DNA from: an uncultured Chloroflexia bacterium
GTDB lineage: Bacteria; Chloroflexota; Limnocylindria; QHBO01
Direction: 5' to 3'
NCBI GenBank assembly: GCA_963782015.1
Contig: CAWAHY010000003.1
Location: forward strand, 72,499 to 136,498
Length of the DNA stretch: 64,000 nt
The notes under the pieces were generated by a model. The model searched no databases and was not told the DNA's origin. It worked only from the letters and a program-made list of their open reading frames with translations. Positions 63,661-64,000 of this stretch are shown here, piece by piece. Numbering within the stretch: position 1 is the first letter of the stretch; every line of letters begins with the position of its first letter. Both the position numbers and the translations under genes were made by a program.

Positions 63661-64000
63661 GTGAACCCCCCGGCATCGCTCCGAGGAGTCACCGCCCTGG
63701 CGGTGATCACCCTGCTCGTCGGATGCGCGACCGTCAGCCCCAGCCCCAGTCTGACGCCATCCCCCAGCCCCATTCCGACGGCCCGGCCAACGCCGGTGCC
63801 CACCCCCCTGCCGCCCGTATCCTTCCCGCTCGCCGTGGTCACGGGCCTCACGAACCTGAAGGCCGCGATCACGGTCGAGGAGCTCGGGACACTCGCCAGC
63901 AACGGCCAGCTCGTGCTGCCCTGCGGAGTGACGATCACCCAGCCGGCATTGACGGCGACGGCGCCCTGCGTCGCCGCCGACCAGATCGGGACCGACCTCC
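63661..64000 (+). CDS. lipoprotein, 5' part (runs off the window end)
   Basis: GTG 63661 opens a frame with no stop to base 64000: (M)NPPASLRGVTALAVITLLVGCATVSPSPSLTPSPSPIPTARPTPVPTPLPPVSFPLAVVTGLTNLKAAITVEELG... Lipobox LLVGC followed by a Pro/Ser/Thr linker. It is absent from the track because it is unterminated. Confidence 0.6.
   Translation, partial: MNPPASLRGVTALAVITLLVGCATVSPSPSLTPSPSPIPTARPTPVPTPLPPVSFPLAVVTGLTNLKAAITVEELGTLASNGQLVLPCGVTITQPALTATAPCVAADQIGTDL

Noticed and set aside
63648-63938. 96-aa minus-strand ORF at the right end of the window
   Set aside because: It is antisense to an unterminated plus-strand frame that encodes a classical lipoprotein signal (LLVGC lipobox) starting at GTG 63661. 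The minus-strand product is Gly/Val/Arg-rich with no features.

Overview
64-kb, very GC-rich (about 70% by eye, not computed), gene-dense bacterial chromosomal segment. It holds roughly 58 protein-coding genes and one tRNA. I found no rRNA, CRISPR array, transposon or prophage.

Content is mostly housekeeping:
- DNA repair and replication: rarA, a UvrD-family helicase fused to a Cas4/AddB-like nuclease, an mrfA/mrfB (yprA/yprB)-like helicase-exonuclease pair, comM, dprA, topA, xerC.
- Envelope: murI, murJ, murE, three FemAB-family paralogs, an FtsB/DivIC-like gene, an M15 peptidase, a NodB-type deacetylase, a GT-C glycosyltransferase.
- Translation: tRNA-CAU, tilS, ychF, hisS, aspS.
- Stress: ftsH, rel.
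- Others: NfeD and SPFH genes, and two orphan receiver-CpaE/ParA ATPases.

Gene content and synteny suggest a high-GC monoderm-type lineage (Chloroflexota- or Actinomycetota-like). I cannot confirm this without searches.

Most noteworthy observations:
1. A perfect Cheo-type LexA box lies in front of the mrfA/mrfB-like operon.
2. An unusual co-directional block (27.7-31.8 kb) encodes a DnaB-C-terminal-only ATPase, a J-domain protein with a DUF3820/ExoX-C-like tail, and a translationally coupled HAD / 2H-phosphoesterase / SLOG(TIGR00725) / Nudix cassette. This is my best candidate for an undescribed system.
3. A CAU-anticodon tRNA sits directly upstream of tilS.
4. Six otherwise intact genes, including essential topA and murE, each need one base skipped in a short G/C run to restore the conserved protein. 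These look like assembly indels rather than biology.
5. A 2.3-kb block (51.7-54.0 kb) carries three multiply disrupted genes.
6. At least 12 genes carry a TAnnnT -10-like hexamer 6-10 nt before the start codon, which points to leaderless transcription. Two divergent gene pairs have overlapping or nearly abutting start codons.

All calls rest on reading motifs in the supplied translations and the raw sequence; no database search was possible. The many long Arg/Gly/Pro-rich ORFs on opposite strands or alternate frames are GC-driven shadow ORFs and are not reported as genes.
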